Of a DNA stretch of 64,000 bases, positions 10,036 through 20,033 are shown piece after piece (position 1 is the first letter of the stretch; each line of letters opens with the position of its first letter). A program made the translations under genes and the position numbers. This DNA comes from an uncultured Pelagibacteraceae bacterium (GTDB lineage: Bacteria > Pseudomonadota > Alphaproteobacteria > Pelagibacterales > AG-422-B15): the NCBI GenBank assembly GCA_902525575.1, contig CABZHU010000001.1:51376-115375 (forward strand), written 5' to 3'. Under the pieces are notes generated by a model that was not told the DNA's origin, made no database searches, and worked only from the letters and a program-made list of their open reading frames with translations.

Positions 10036-10641
10036 TTAATTCTTTTTAAGAATAGATCCTTGATTGATCATACTATAAAACTCTCTCCTAGTAGAGGAGT
10101 CAGTTCTAAATTTGCCTAAAAGTTGACTTGTGACCATAGAAATACCTGGTGTACCAATTCCTCTTGTTGTCATGCATTGGTGCTGCGCTTCAACAACAAC
10201 TGCTACACCTTTTGGTTTAAGAACATCTTGAATACAATTAGCAATTTGAGCAGTTAGCTTTTCCTGGATTTGCATTCTTTTCATATAAATACGCGTAATT
10301 CTTGCAAGCTTACTTATTCCTACCACTCTTTTATTGGGTAAATATGCTACATGCGCCGAACCGATAAAAGGGGCAATATGGTGTTCACAGTGCGACTCAA
10401 TCCTGATGTCGCGTAGCATAATAATTTCATCATAACCCTCAAGTTCGTCAAAAGTTTTTGATAATACTTCTTTAGGATCATCATTGTAACCTGAAAACCA
10501 ATCTTCATAGGCCCTTACAACTCTTTTAGGAGTTTCTAATAAGCCTGGTCTATCAGCATTCTCTCCTACAAAAGATAATAGGGTTTTAACTGCTGCCTCT
10601 GCTTCCTGACGAGTAGGCTTTATATTTTTCTTTTTTTTCAT
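10036..10641 (-). CDS. folE: GTP cyclohydrolase I
   Basis: 201 aa. Motifs ESHCEHHIAPFIG and QERLT, and the C-terminal QHQCMTTRG. Confidence 0.9.
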   Translation of the reverse strand: MKKKKNIKPTRQEAEAAVKTLLSFVGENADRPGLLETPKRVVRAYEDWFSGYNDDPKEVLSKTFDELEGYDEIIMLRDIRIESHCEHHIAPFIGSAHVAYLPNKRVVGISKLARITRIYMKRMQIQEKLTAQIANCIQDVLKPKGVAVVVEAQHQCMTTRGIGTPGISMVTSQLLGKFRTDSSTRREFYSMINQGSILKKN

Positions 10642-10776
10642 GATTTTGAAGTCAGATTACTATATGAAAATCTATAAAATATATAGTTTTATTATTTACG
10701 AAAAAAACCAATTAATTATCAGAATAGACAATAATATATAAAATTTGTTAATTTTTCAGCGATTTACAAGAATAAT

Positions 10777-12351
10777 ATGGTAATGTCCAGAAATATGCCG
10801 TCAATACGTGAAATTAGTAAAGATGCGAAAGCATGGCCATTTGTTGAGGCTAAGAAAATAATAAAAAAAGCTCAAACTAATAATAAGCAAAAAATTAAAT
10901 TACAAACTGGATATGGTCCAAGTGGATTACCGCATATTGGTACATTTGGCGAGGTCGCAAGAACAACAATGATTCTAAATGCCATAAAATCATTATCAGA
11001 TATTGAAGTAGAACTTATTGCCTTCTCTGATGATATGGACGGACTTCGTAAGGTACCTGACAATGTCCCTAATCAAAAAATATTAGAAGAAAATCTTCAT
11101 AAGCCACTCACATCAATTCCAGATCCATTTGAGATAAGTAAGAGTTTTGGTGACCATAATAATGAAATGTTGCAAGAATTTTTAGATAAATTTGATTTTA
11201 AATATACCTTTAAAAGTGCGACTGAACTTTACACTTCGGGGTTTTTTGATAATCAACTTATTAATGTATTGAATAATTATGAGTCAATTAAAAATATTAT
11301 TCTACCAACATTAGGAGAAGAAAGAAAAAAAACATACAGCCCATTTCTTCCAATATGCCCTGACTCTGGACATGTTCTGGAAGTTGAAATTGTTTCAATT
11401 AATCCTGAAAAAAATACAATTACATATTTAAGTAAGAATAAAGAAGTTGAGCAATCTATTTTAAAAGGAAAATGTAAACTTCAATGGAAAGTTGATTGGG
11501 CAATGCGATGGGGTGCCCTTGATATTGATTATGAAATGTACGGAAAAGATCTAATACCTACATTCCAACTTTCTGCAAAAGTAAGCCGAGCACTTGGTTA
11601 TCCTCCTCCAGAGAACTATTTTTATGAACTGTTTCTTGATCAAAATGGGGAAAAAATATCGAAGTCTAAAGGAAATGGATTAACTATAGAGGAATGGTTG
11701 TCATACGCACCTAAAGAAACGTTAAGTTATTTTATGTATCAAAACCCAAGAAGGGCCAAGAAACTCTTTCCTGGTATCATCCCAAAGTCATCTGATGAGT
11801 TCTTAAGTCATTTAAACAAATTTAATACTCAATCTGATAAAGAAAAAATTGAAAATCCAGTTTGGCATATTATGAACGGTGAAAACTCTATTGGAAATGT
11901 AAATGTAACATATAATCTTATATTAAATCTCGTTGCTGCAAGTGGAAAAAATGATCCTGCAATTATTTTAGATTTTGTTAAGAAATACGATGAAAATATT
12001 AGTAGTTTTAATAGTCAATTTATTAATGATTTAATAAAAGGGGCAATTAATTTTGAAATAGACATTACTTCAGAACAAATAAATTATAAGACCCCATCAA
12101 GTGAGGAAAGAAAAATCTTTGAGGATCTAATAAATAGATTGCGTAGTCAGAGTGAAAATGCCGATGCTGAAACCATTCAAACTGAGATATATCAAATAGG
12201 AAAAGATTACAATTTTGAAAACCTCAGGGATTGGTTTAAACTTATTTATCAAGTACTTTTTGGCAAAGAAGACGGACCAAGATTTGGAACTTTTATCGCT
12301 ATATATGGAATAAAACAGACCATTGAGTTGATTGAAGAAAAGTTAAAGTAA
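10777..12351 (+). CDS. lysK: Lysyl-tRNA synthetase, class I
   Basis: 524 aa. HIGH-like PHIGTFGEV and KMSKS-like KISKSKGNG, with a length and layout matching class I LysRS as found in alphaproteobacteria and archaea. Confidence 0.85.
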   Translation: MVMSRNMPSIREISKDAKAWPFVEAKKIIKKAQTNNKQKIKLQTGYGPSGLPHIGTFGEVARTTMILNAIKSLSDIEVELIAFSDDMDGLRKVPDNVPNQKILEENLHKPLTSIPDPFEISKSFGDHNNEMLQEFLDKFDFKYTFKSATELYTSGFFDNQLINVLNNYESIKNIILPTLGEERKKTYSPFLPICPDSGHVLEVEIVSINPEKNTITYLSKNKEVEQSILKGKCKLQWKVDWAMRWGALDIDYEMYGKDLIPTFQLSAKVSRALGYPPPENYFYELFLDQNGEKISKSKGNGLTIEEWLSYAPKETLSYFMYQNPRRAKKLFPGIIPKSSDEFLSHLNKFNTQSDKEKIENPVWHIMNGENSIGNVNVTYNLILNLVAASGKNDPAIILDFVKKYDENISSFNSQFINDLIKGAINFEIDITSEQINYKTPSSEERKIFEDLINRLRSQSENADAETIQTEIYQIGKDYNFENLRDWFKLIYQVLFGKEDGPRFGTFIAIYGIKQTIELIEEKLK

Positions 12352-12359
12352 AAATTTAA

Positions 12360-13403
12360 ATGAGAAGGATATTTTTTAATATACTAAAGAACCTTGACCC
12401 CGAAGTTGCCCACAAGTTAACAATAAATGCGCTTAAACTTCCAAATCCATTTATTGAAAGCAATAATGATTTCTCTATTTTAAGCAATGATATTAACGGA
12501 CTAAGTTTTAAGAATCCTATCGGCATGGCTGCAGGATTTGATAAAAATGCTGAAGTTATAAATTCATTATTCAATTTAGGATTTGGTTTCACCGAGTGTG
12601 GAACTGTCACACCAAGACCTCAATTTGGAAATGTTAAACCTAGGGTATTCCGATTAACATCGGATAAAGCTATCATAAATAGACTAGGCTTTAATAATAA
12701 TGGCATTGAAAAATTTTTGATGAATATGAGTAAATCAAACAAAAATGGAGTCCTCGGAGCAAATATTGGGCCCAACAGAGACACAGAAAATTTTGTTGAT
12801 GATTATATTAATTTATACTCTCAAGTAGTTGATTATTCAGATTACGTTACTGTAAATGTATCTTCACCAAATACTAAGAATTTAAGAGAGATACAAGAGC
12901 ACAATACATTAAATACACTGCTCAGCGAATTATCTCAATTAAGAAAAAATATGAAGACACAAAAAAAGATTATCCTTAAAATTGATCCTGATAGTACTAA
13001 ACAGCACTACAGCATGATACTTAATTTAGTTCAGAAATACAAAATCGACGGCATAATTGCTACTAATACAACTATTTCTCGTCCTCAAGATTTAAGAGAC
13101 GAGTATAAAGATGAAGTAGGGGGCATTTCAGGACAGCCACTTAAAGAATTATCAAATAAAGTGTTAAGTTTCCTCTCAAAAGAAACAAACGGAGAATTGC
13201 TTCTTATTGGTGTGGGAGGCATTTCTAATGCAGAAGATGTTTATACTAAAATTAAGTTGGGAGCGTCATTAGTTCAATTGTATACAGCACTTACTTATAA
13301 TGGACCTCAAATGATAAATAACATTAAAAAAGATTTATCATATCTTTTGCAAAATGATGGATACAAAAATATCTCAGATGCAGTAGGTATTATTCATTCA
13401 TGA
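12360..13403 (+). CDS. pyrD: Dihydroorotate dehydrogenase (quinone), class 2
   Basis: 347 aa. Motifs GMAAGFDKNAE, GFGFTECGTVTP, NRLGFNN, NVSSPNT and IGVGGI. Confidence 0.9.
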   Translation: MRRIFFNILKNLDPEVAHKLTINALKLPNPFIESNNDFSILSNDINGLSFKNPIGMAAGFDKNAEVINSLFNLGFGFTECGTVTPRPQFGNVKPRVFRLTSDKAIINRLGFNNNGIEKFLMNMSKSNKNGVLGANIGPNRDTENFVDDYINLYSQVVDYSDYVTVNVSSPNTKNLREIQEHNTLNTLLSELSQLRKNMKTQKKIILKIDPDSTKQHYSMILNLVQKYKIDGIIATNTTISRPQDLRDEYKDEVGGISGQPLKELSNKVLSFLSKETNGELLLIGVGGISNAEDVYTKIKLGASLVQLYTALTYNGPQMINNIKKDLSYLLQNDGYKNISDAVGIIHS

Positions 13404-14014
13404 ACAAAATAATGGATATTCCATTTCATCAAAGAAAAAGACAAATTAATAAAAAAAATAATCGTGAGTCTATAATAACTTCCTCAAGAAAGATTCTTAC
13501 TGAAAAAAGTATCGATAATGCAAGCGTTAGAGAAATCGTTTCAATCGCTAAACTTGGTTCTGGTACATTTTATAATTACTTTGATGATAAAAATGCAGTT
13601 TTTTTAATAATCATTGAAAGGCTAGTCAATGAATTCAGCAATTACTTTATGAAAAAAATAAATGAAGCTCAATCTTTCGATCAGACTGTTGAGATAGCCT
13701 TTAATAGTTGGTTTAATTGGATTTTAGATGAAGAAGAAAATTACTTATTTATAAAAAATAATAGAAAATACATATTAGACTTAAAGTGGCTTTCGGCTCA
13801 TTCAAAGGAGTATGCGAGATTTAATAGTAATTTGTATGAATTCGTAATTAATCTCTCAAAAAAAACAAAATTTCCTCAAAACGATATTTCTTTTATGATC
13901 ACATCTGTCATGGCAGTATGTATAAATCTTGGTGATGAAATGTTGACACGCAGTGATGTATCCCCTGATGATGCTTCAAACTTTGCGACTAAACTTTTTT
14001 TGAAGGGCTTATAA
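13400..14014 (+). CDS. TetR-family transcriptional regulator
   Basis: The N-terminal HTH ASVREIVSIAKLGSGTFYNYFDDKNAVF is a typical TetR_N motif. The gene overlaps pyrD by 4 nt. Confidence 0.75.
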   Translation: MNKIMDIPFHQRKRQINKKNNRESIITSSRKILTEKSIDNASVREIVSIAKLGSGTFYNYFDDKNAVFLIIIERLVNEFSNYFMKKINEAQSFDQTVEIAFNSWFNWILDEEENYLFIKNNRKYILDLKWLSAHSKEYARFNSNLYEFVINLSKKTKFPQNDISFMITSVMAVCINLGDEMLTRSDVSPDDASNFATKLFLKGL

Positions 14015-14017
14015 TTT

Positions 14018-14821
14018 ATGGCAAAAAGTATATTTATTACTGGGGCAGCATCTGGCATTGGCAAAGCAACAGCAATATCATTTGCTGAAAAAGGTTGGAA
14101 TGTTGGTTTGTTTGATATCAATGAGGAAGGTCTCAAAGAAGTAGCCAATGAAATTGGACATAACAAATGCATGTATCAGAAGCTAGATGTGACAAGTATT
14201 CAGGATTGGAAAGAAGCTGAAAAAAGTTTCTCAGAATATACATCAGGAACATGCAATATTCTTTTTAATAATGCGGGCATAGCTAATTTTGCTGGAGCTT
14301 TTGAAGACGTACCTGTCGATGAAATTTATAAAATAATAGATGTTAATTTTAAAGGAGTTGCAAATGGATGTATTTCGATGCTGAGTTTGTTAAAGAATAC
14401 AGAGAATAGTCTTCTTTTAAATACCAGTTCAGTAGCAGGGCTAGTGCCCACACCCGGTATTGCTATCTATGGAGCAACCAAGCATGCAGTAAGTTCACTA
14501 ACTGAGTCTTTAAGAATTGAATATGAAAGACATGGCATAAGAGTTTCTGAAATTAATCCATGGTTTACAGAAACGCCAATCCTTGAGGCGAGAAACGTGT
14601 CATCTGATATGCAAAGTCAATGGGAACGAGATTTTGTAAATGAGCGAACTAAGATATACCCGGTTTCAAAAGTCGTTGATAAAGTCTGGCTGGCATATAA
14701 AAGTAAGAAAATCCATCATACTGTAGGATTAGAAGCAAATCTTGCTTCATTCTTAATGCGTTTTATTCCTTCTTTCATAAGAAGAATGAGCAAAAAACTT
14801 TTCAAAGATACTTTTATTTAA
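14018..14821 (+). CDS. Short-chain dehydrogenase/reductase (SDR)
   Basis: TGAASGIGKA dinucleotide motif, NNAG, and the catalytic YGATKHAV. Confidence 0.75.
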   Translation: MAKSIFITGAASGIGKATAISFAEKGWNVGLFDINEEGLKEVANEIGHNKCMYQKLDVTSIQDWKEAEKSFSEYTSGTCNILFNNAGIANFAGAFEDVPVDEIYKIIDVNFKGVANGCISMLSLLKNTENSLLLNTSSVAGLVPTPGIAIYGATKHAVSSLTESLRIEYERHGIRVSEINPWFTETPILEARNVSSDMQSQWERDFVNERTKIYPVSKVVDKVWLAYKSKKIHHTVGLEANLASFLMRFIPSFIRRMSKKLFKDTFI

Positions 14822-15711
14822 ACTGATCTTTTAGCCTTATCGGCGTCATTTGAGGATTTAATCATATTTCTTAGCATTTCCCACTCCTGATCAGTTACAT
14901 CTTTTAACATTTCATAGAAATTTCCTGCATGGTTTAGCCATTGAGCACCATCTATCGCTACAATTTCACCTGTTAAATATTCACAGCCATCTGCCATTAA
15001 AAAAGTTGCAAGATTTGCAAGTTCACTTAATTCGCCAGTTCTTTTCATTGGAACTGAATTCATTAAGTCTGCCCCTTTCCCTCCAGGCGCCAATCGATCC
15101 CAAGCCCCCTTGGTAGGAAATGGTCCAGGAGCAATTCCATTTAGTCTTATCCCTCTATTTCCCCATTCAGCGGCAAGTGATCTTGTCATTGTCGCTAAGC
15201 CAGATTTCGACATCGCTGATGGAACTGTATATGGCCCACTACTGTCAACCCAAGTAGTTAGAATAGAAATAATACTTCCTTTTAGGTTCTCTTTTAACCA
15301 TCTTTTACCAATGGCATTAGTCATATAAAAAGTTCCATTAAAAACTATATTAGAGATAGCAGTAAAAGCTCTTGGAGATAAATCTTCTGTTCTAGAAATA
15401 AAATTACCTGCTGCATTGTTTAGTAGTCCTGTGAGAGGTCCTTCACTCCAAATTTCATTAACCATATCCTCGATGGCCTCAGGGACTTTAATATCACATG
15501 AAATAGCTTTCACAGATCCACCGTGTAAATCCATTAATTCTTTTGCAGTTTCATCTAAAACTGATTTTCTTCTACCGCAAATATAAATATCTGCCCCAAG
15601 TTCCAAATATCTTGTAGCCATTGCTTTTCCAAGGCCAGACCCTCCACCGGAAATCAAAATTCTTTTATCTTTTAATAAATCTTTTTGAAACATATTTACT
15701 CCTTTATCCAA
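14818..15711 (-). CDS. SDR oxidoreductase, 2,4-dienoyl-CoA reductase-like
   Basis: Motifs SGGGSGLGKA and NNAAGNF, and a DECR-like length (297 aa). An alternative start MFQKD lies 6 codons in. Confidence 0.65.
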   Translation of the reverse strand: MDKGVNMFQKDLLKDKRILISGGGSGLGKAMATRYLELGADIYICGRRKSVLDETAKELMDLHGGSVKAISCDIKVPEAIEDMVNEIWSEGPLTGLLNNAAGNFISRTEDLSPRAFTAISNIVFNGTFYMTNAIGKRWLKENLKGSIISILTTWVDSSGPYTVPSAMSKSGLATMTRSLAAEWGNRGIRLNGIAPGPFPTKGAWDRLAPGGKGADLMNSVPMKRTGELSELANLATFLMADGCEYLTGEIVAIDGAQWLNHAGNFYEMLKDVTDQEWEMLRNMIKSSNDADKAKRSV

Positions 15712-16435
15712 ATTGCGTTAAGAACGGAAAATACTTTATAAAAAAGAATGCCAATTCTTGAATTCTATTAGTTAAAATTAGAATACCAAATATTACAAGT
15801 AATACACCAGTAAAAATTTCTATAGCTCTAATATAATTTCTTATTTTTGATAAAAATCTCATGAAGCCATTAATAGCGTATGCAGCGAGTAGAAATGGAA
15901 TACCAAGGCCTGCCGAGTAGAGCGTTAAAAGAACAATCCCATAAGCAACAGTTTCTGAACTTGCCGCTATTGATAATACACTGCCTAAAATTGGCCCTAT
16001 ACATGGTGTCCATCCAAAGGCAAAAGAGAGTCCAATTACGTAAGATCCAACTATTCCAGGTCTATAGCTTTCAATTTGGTACCTTGTATCTCTATTTAGG
16101 AATGGAAGTTGGATAATTTGCATAAAATGAATACCAAAAATGATGATAATAATTCCACCAACAACTCTCAATATATCTAGGTATTCATAAATTAGGCCAC
16201 TTAATAAAGTCGCTGATGCGCCCAATAAAATGAACACAGTAGAAAATCCAATAACAAAACTTAACGCAAAGTAAAATGCATTCCTTTCTTTTGAAGCGTC
16301 CTCACCCGAGGCAATCTTGTCTAAACTTGTACCCGCTAAAAAACATAAATAACCAGGCACAATAGGTAATACACAGGGTGACAAAAAGCTGAGTAGTCCT
16401 GCTAGGACAACGTAAAAATATGATATTTCTGCCAT
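15704..16435 (-). CDS. ccdA: Cytochrome c biogenesis / thiol-disulfide transfer protein CcdA (DsbD-family)
   Basis: 243 aa, 6 TM. Motifs LSPCVLPIVPGYL and FGWTPCIGPILG carry the two conserved Cys. Confidence 0.8.
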   Translation of the reverse strand: MAEISYFYVVLAGLLSFLSPCVLPIVPGYLCFLAGTSLDKIASGEDASKERNAFYFALSFVIGFSTVFILLGASATLLSGLIYEYLDILRVVGGIIIIIFGIHFMQIIQLPFLNRDTRYQIESYRPGIVGSYVIGLSFAFGWTPCIGPILGSVLSIAASSETVAYGIVLLTLYSAGLGIPFLLAAYAINGFMRFLSKIRNYIRAIEIFTGVLLVIFGILILTNRIQELAFFFIKYFPFLTQFG

Positions 16436-17223
16436 TAAACTTTTCTAAATCTTTTAAATACTTCTGCGCCACTCAAGCCTATAAGTATAGCTATTAGAAG
16501 GGAAATCAATCCGTAAATCAAAGGATAGTTTTTTGAAAAGGAATAGATTGCTTCTTCAATACCTACTCTGGTTACCATAAAATTATAAGAATATTCATTC
16601 GAAATTTTATTATCTATAATCAAATACAAATTAACCTTGTATTGGCCGACAGGAACGGTATTGGGTATTTCAATATAAGATCTAAATAAATTTCCATCAA
16701 TTATTTGAATTTCCCCATTGACCTTTCTGTACACGTCTTCACTTTCTTTTGTTCTTATTAGCGCATCATAAAAAGTGTCTTTTTCTTTTTGGTTTTTAAC
16801 ATTGCCCCAGTCAATATTAAGTGCACTCCAGTCTATAAGCTGAGTATCTTTTTTATTTAATAGACCAATATTGTTTTTATTTAAAAATTCATTGGTTATC
16901 TCATTTGTACTTGAAAGATAATAAAATCCAGGAACATCATTAAACCCAACACTTTTTGAATTCAGCCAGAAACCAAAAAAAGATTCCTTTTTTCTTATGA
17001 CTACATCTTCTGACGGACCAACTACTTCAATAAGAATATCACTCTTATCATCTCTTGCTTGCGAGGGATCTGAATAAAATGCTCCAAATACAAGAAGATT
17101 TTTTCCTGAAAAATTAGCATCAATGTATATTTCTTCTTCATCAGATCCAATCACAAGTGCTGAGGCTGACGAGATTAAAAATAATACAAATAATTTAATT
17201 AATAAAAATATTTTAAAATGCAT
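16435..17223 (-). CDS. TIGR02186-like (alpha-proteobacterial) secreted/membrane-anchored protein of unknown function
   Basis: Signal peptide, a roughly 200-aa periplasmic part and a single C-terminal TM. Its position directly after a TauE/SafE gene matches what I recall for this family. The assignment is from memory and is not searched. Confidence 0.45.
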   Translation of the reverse strand: MHFKIFLLIKLFVLFLISSASALVIGSDEEEIYIDANFSGKNLLVFGAFYSDPSQARDDKSDILIEVVGPSEDVVIRKKESFFGFWLNSKSVGFNDVPGFYYLSSTNEITNEFLNKNNIGLLNKKDTQLIDWSALNIDWGNVKNQKEKDTFYDALIRTKESEDVYRKVNGEIQIIDGNLFRSYIEIPNTVPVGQYKVNLYLIIDNKISNEYSYNFMVTRVGIEEAIYSFSKNYPLIYGLISLLIAILIGLSGAEVFKRFRKV

Positions 17224-17224
17224 T

Positions 17225-18148
17225 TTAGAACAAAGCCCTGATGACAGTAATATTAAAAATTTCGTTTGGTTCTACTAGTAAGTCTAGTGCTATTTTAGTA
17301 GCAACACCAAGTACAATAATTGCGAGGAGTGCTCTTATTTCTTCACCTCTTAATTTATTAGCAGCTAATACTCCTAATTGTGCACCGATAACGGAGGCGA
17401 TTATTAGAAAGAATGCTAAAACTGCATCAACAGCAAATGTAGTTGTTGCATGGAGTAATGTTACAAGGGCAGTTACAAATATAATCTGAAATAACGATGT
17501 TCCGATTACCTTGGATGTTGGCATTCCAAGAAAATAAATCATAGCAGGGATTAATATGAATGTTCCCCCAATACCCATTGTTGCAGACAAAACGCCAATA
17601 ACAAATCCAATGATGATAGGAGGTATTGCGCTAATATATAATTTAGATTTATAGAATTTCATTTTGAATGGCAATTTGTGTGCCCAGTTATGGTAATGAA
17701 TTTTTCTCTTTACCGTTTTTCTTCTTACTCTATCCCTGATGACCTGAGAGCTTTCAATGAGCATAATTAGACCAATTGAAGTAAGTAGAGCAAAATATAG
17801 AATTGATATGACAGTATCAATTTGACCGAGGACGACTAATCTGCTAAAAATCCACACGCCTAATATAGATCCAAAGAATGAGCCGATCAGCAAGACACCA
17901 CCCATTTTAAAGTCAACTAAGCCTTGTCGCCAGTAACCAATTGTTCCAGAAATTGATGAAGCGACAATTTGATTAGCTGACGTTGCTACAGCTACATTTG
18001 TTGGAATACCCATAAATATGAGGATAGGAGTCATTAAAAATCCTCCACCTAAACCAAACATACCTGACAAAAAACCGACTACACCACCTATTGATAGTAG
18101 TAAAATAATGTTAACTGAGAGCTCTGCAATTGGCAGATAAATACTCAT
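17225..18148 (-). CDS. TauE/SafE-family anion (sulfite-type) exporter
   Basis: 307 aa, two 4-TM halves with the motifs GGGFLMTPIL and GIGGTFILIPAM. Confidence 0.75.
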   Translation of the reverse strand: MSIYLPIAELSVNIILLLSIGGVVGFLSGMFGLGGGFLMTPILIFMGIPTNVAVATSANQIVASSISGTIGYWRQGLVDFKMGGVLLIGSFFGSILGVWIFSRLVVLGQIDTVISILYFALLTSIGLIMLIESSQVIRDRVRRKTVKRKIHYHNWAHKLPFKMKFYKSKLYISAIPPIIIGFVIGVLSATMGIGGTFILIPAMIYFLGMPTSKVIGTSLFQIIFVTALVTLLHATTTFAVDAVLAFFLIIASVIGAQLGVLAANKLRGEEIRALLAIIVLGVATKIALDLLVEPNEIFNITVIRALF

Positions 18149-18263
18149 ATTTTCACACTTTTCAGACTTTCCCCTACGACATGGATAGCAAAATTAGAGA
18201 TTTGCAATTTATTAGACAATGATTATATATTAAAATTAAATTACAATAATTATTCATAGACCT

Positions 18264-20033
18264 ATGTCTTACAAAAGTCCAACAGAAGATTTCAAATATA
18301 ACCTTGCTATGCTCAATTACGATGAGATAATTGCTGGCATAGATAAATTCAAGGATTATGACTCTGATACGCTAATGAGCGTAGTGAGTGAGATTGGCCG
18401 TTTGAATGAATTAGAGGTTGTTGATAGTAACAAAATTGGTGATCGCGAAGGTCTCAAGTATCTTCCTGATGGCCCTGAAGGCCCTGAAGTTCATACTCCA
18501 AAAGCGTTTAAAAAAATATATGAAGTTGTAAAGGAATCTGGGTACGTTGGTGCTACGATGCCAACTCAATATGGAGGCGGTGGAGCTCCTTTCACAACAG
18601 CTATTCTTGCAGGAGAAGTTGGAATTGCATCTAACATGGCATTTTACATGGGTCCAGGACTTAGCCATGGCGCAATGAAAACCATATTAAAAAAGGCGAC
18701 TGAAGAATTGAAAGATAAATACTTGCCAAACATGACCTCTGGTGAGTGGATGGGAACCATGTGTCTCACCGAGCCACAATGTGGAACTGATTTGGGTTTA
18801 ATCAAAACAACAGCCAAGCCAGTTGATGATCATTATGAATTAAATGGACAAAAGATCTGGATTTCATTTGGTGAACATGATCTTACAGAGAACATAATTC
18901 ATCTTGTTTTAGCTCGAACACCCGATGCGCCAGCAGGAATAAAAGGAATAAGTCTATTTTTAGTTCCAAAGAGGTTAGATGACAATTCGAGAAACCCTAT
19001 TTTTTGTGGTGGTCTTGAACATAAACTTGGCATTAACTCATCTCCAACATGTGTCATGAATCTAGATAATGCCAAAGGTTGGCTTGTAGGTGAAGAAAAT
19101 AAAGGCATGGAAGCAATGTTCCTAATGATGAATGATGCTAGGTTAAAAGTTGGTTTACAAGCTATAGCAATGTCTGAAATTTCTTATCAAAATGCATTAG
19201 AGTTTGCAAAAGAGCGTAAGCAAATGAGATCAGTAGTAAAAGAAAAACAGGATCCTGATAGTAAAGCGGATAGTATTCTTGTTCATCCTGATGTTAGACG
19301 GATGCTGATGAATGTTAAATCTACAACGGAAGCAATGAGAGCACTTTGTATATACACAGCTATGAAAATTGATCTCGCAGAAGATCATCCTGATGAGCAA
19401 GTGAGACAGGATGCTGACGATTTTGCGGCTTTAATGACGCCGATAATAAAAGCTTATTGTACAGAAAAAGGTTTCATGAATTGTTCTGAAAGTCTTCAAG
19501 TACTCGGGGGTAGCGGTTTTACTCAGGAATACCCTCTTGAACAATACTTAAGAGATGTAAGAATTACTATGATTTATGAAGGTACTAATGGTATTCAAGC
19601 ATTAGATTTAGTTGGAAGAAAACTCACAATGCACAAAGGCAGAATGTTACAAAACTTCCAAAAAGAAGTTCAAAGCTTTTTAAATGAAAATAAAGATAAC
19701 AATGAAATCGCAACCTTCATAAAGCCGTTAGAAAATGCATTAAAAGAAGTCACAACTTCAACTATGTGGCTAATGCAAAATGGAATGCAGGATCCCGAAA
19801 ATGCTCTATCATCAGCAACAGATTACCTTAATTTAATGGCTTTATCTTCGATGACCTACATGTGGGCTAGAATGGCTAAGTTTTCAATAGGAAAAAATGA
19901 GCCAATTCATAAGAACAAAATTAAAACAGGTACATATTTTGTTCAAAAAATTATGCCAGAATTAATAATGTATTCTAAAAAAGTTCAGGCAGGAAAATCT
20001 TCTATGATGGATATGGAAGTAGCTGAGTTTTAA
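18264..20033 (+). CDS. Acyl-CoA dehydrogenase, long form with C-terminal extension
   Basis: 589 aa. Motifs CLTEPQCGTDL and QVLGGSGFTQEYPLEQYLRDVRITMIYEGTNGIQ. Confidence 0.85.
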   Translation: MSYKSPTEDFKYNLAMLNYDEIIAGIDKFKDYDSDTLMSVVSEIGRLNELEVVDSNKIGDREGLKYLPDGPEGPEVHTPKAFKKIYEVVKESGYVGATMPTQYGGGGAPFTTAILAGEVGIASNMAFYMGPGLSHGAMKTILKKATEELKDKYLPNMTSGEWMGTMCLTEPQCGTDLGLIKTTAKPVDDHYELNGQKIWISFGEHDLTENIIHLVLARTPDAPAGIKGISLFLVPKRLDDNSRNPIFCGGLEHKLGINSSPTCVMNLDNAKGWLVGEENKGMEAMFLMMNDARLKVGLQAIAMSEISYQNALEFAKERKQMRSVVKEKQDPDSKADSILVHPDVRRMLMNVKSTTEAMRALCIYTAMKIDLAEDHPDEQVRQDADDFAALMTPIIKAYCTEKGFMNCSESLQVLGGSGFTQEYPLEQYLRDVRITMIYEGTNGIQALDLVGRKLTMHKGRMLQNFQKEVQSFLNENKDNNEIATFIKPLENALKEVTTSTMWLMQNGMQDPENALSSATDYLNLMALSSMTYMWARMAKFSIGKNEPIHKNKIKTGTYFVQKIMPELIMYSKKVQAGKSSMMDMEVAEF

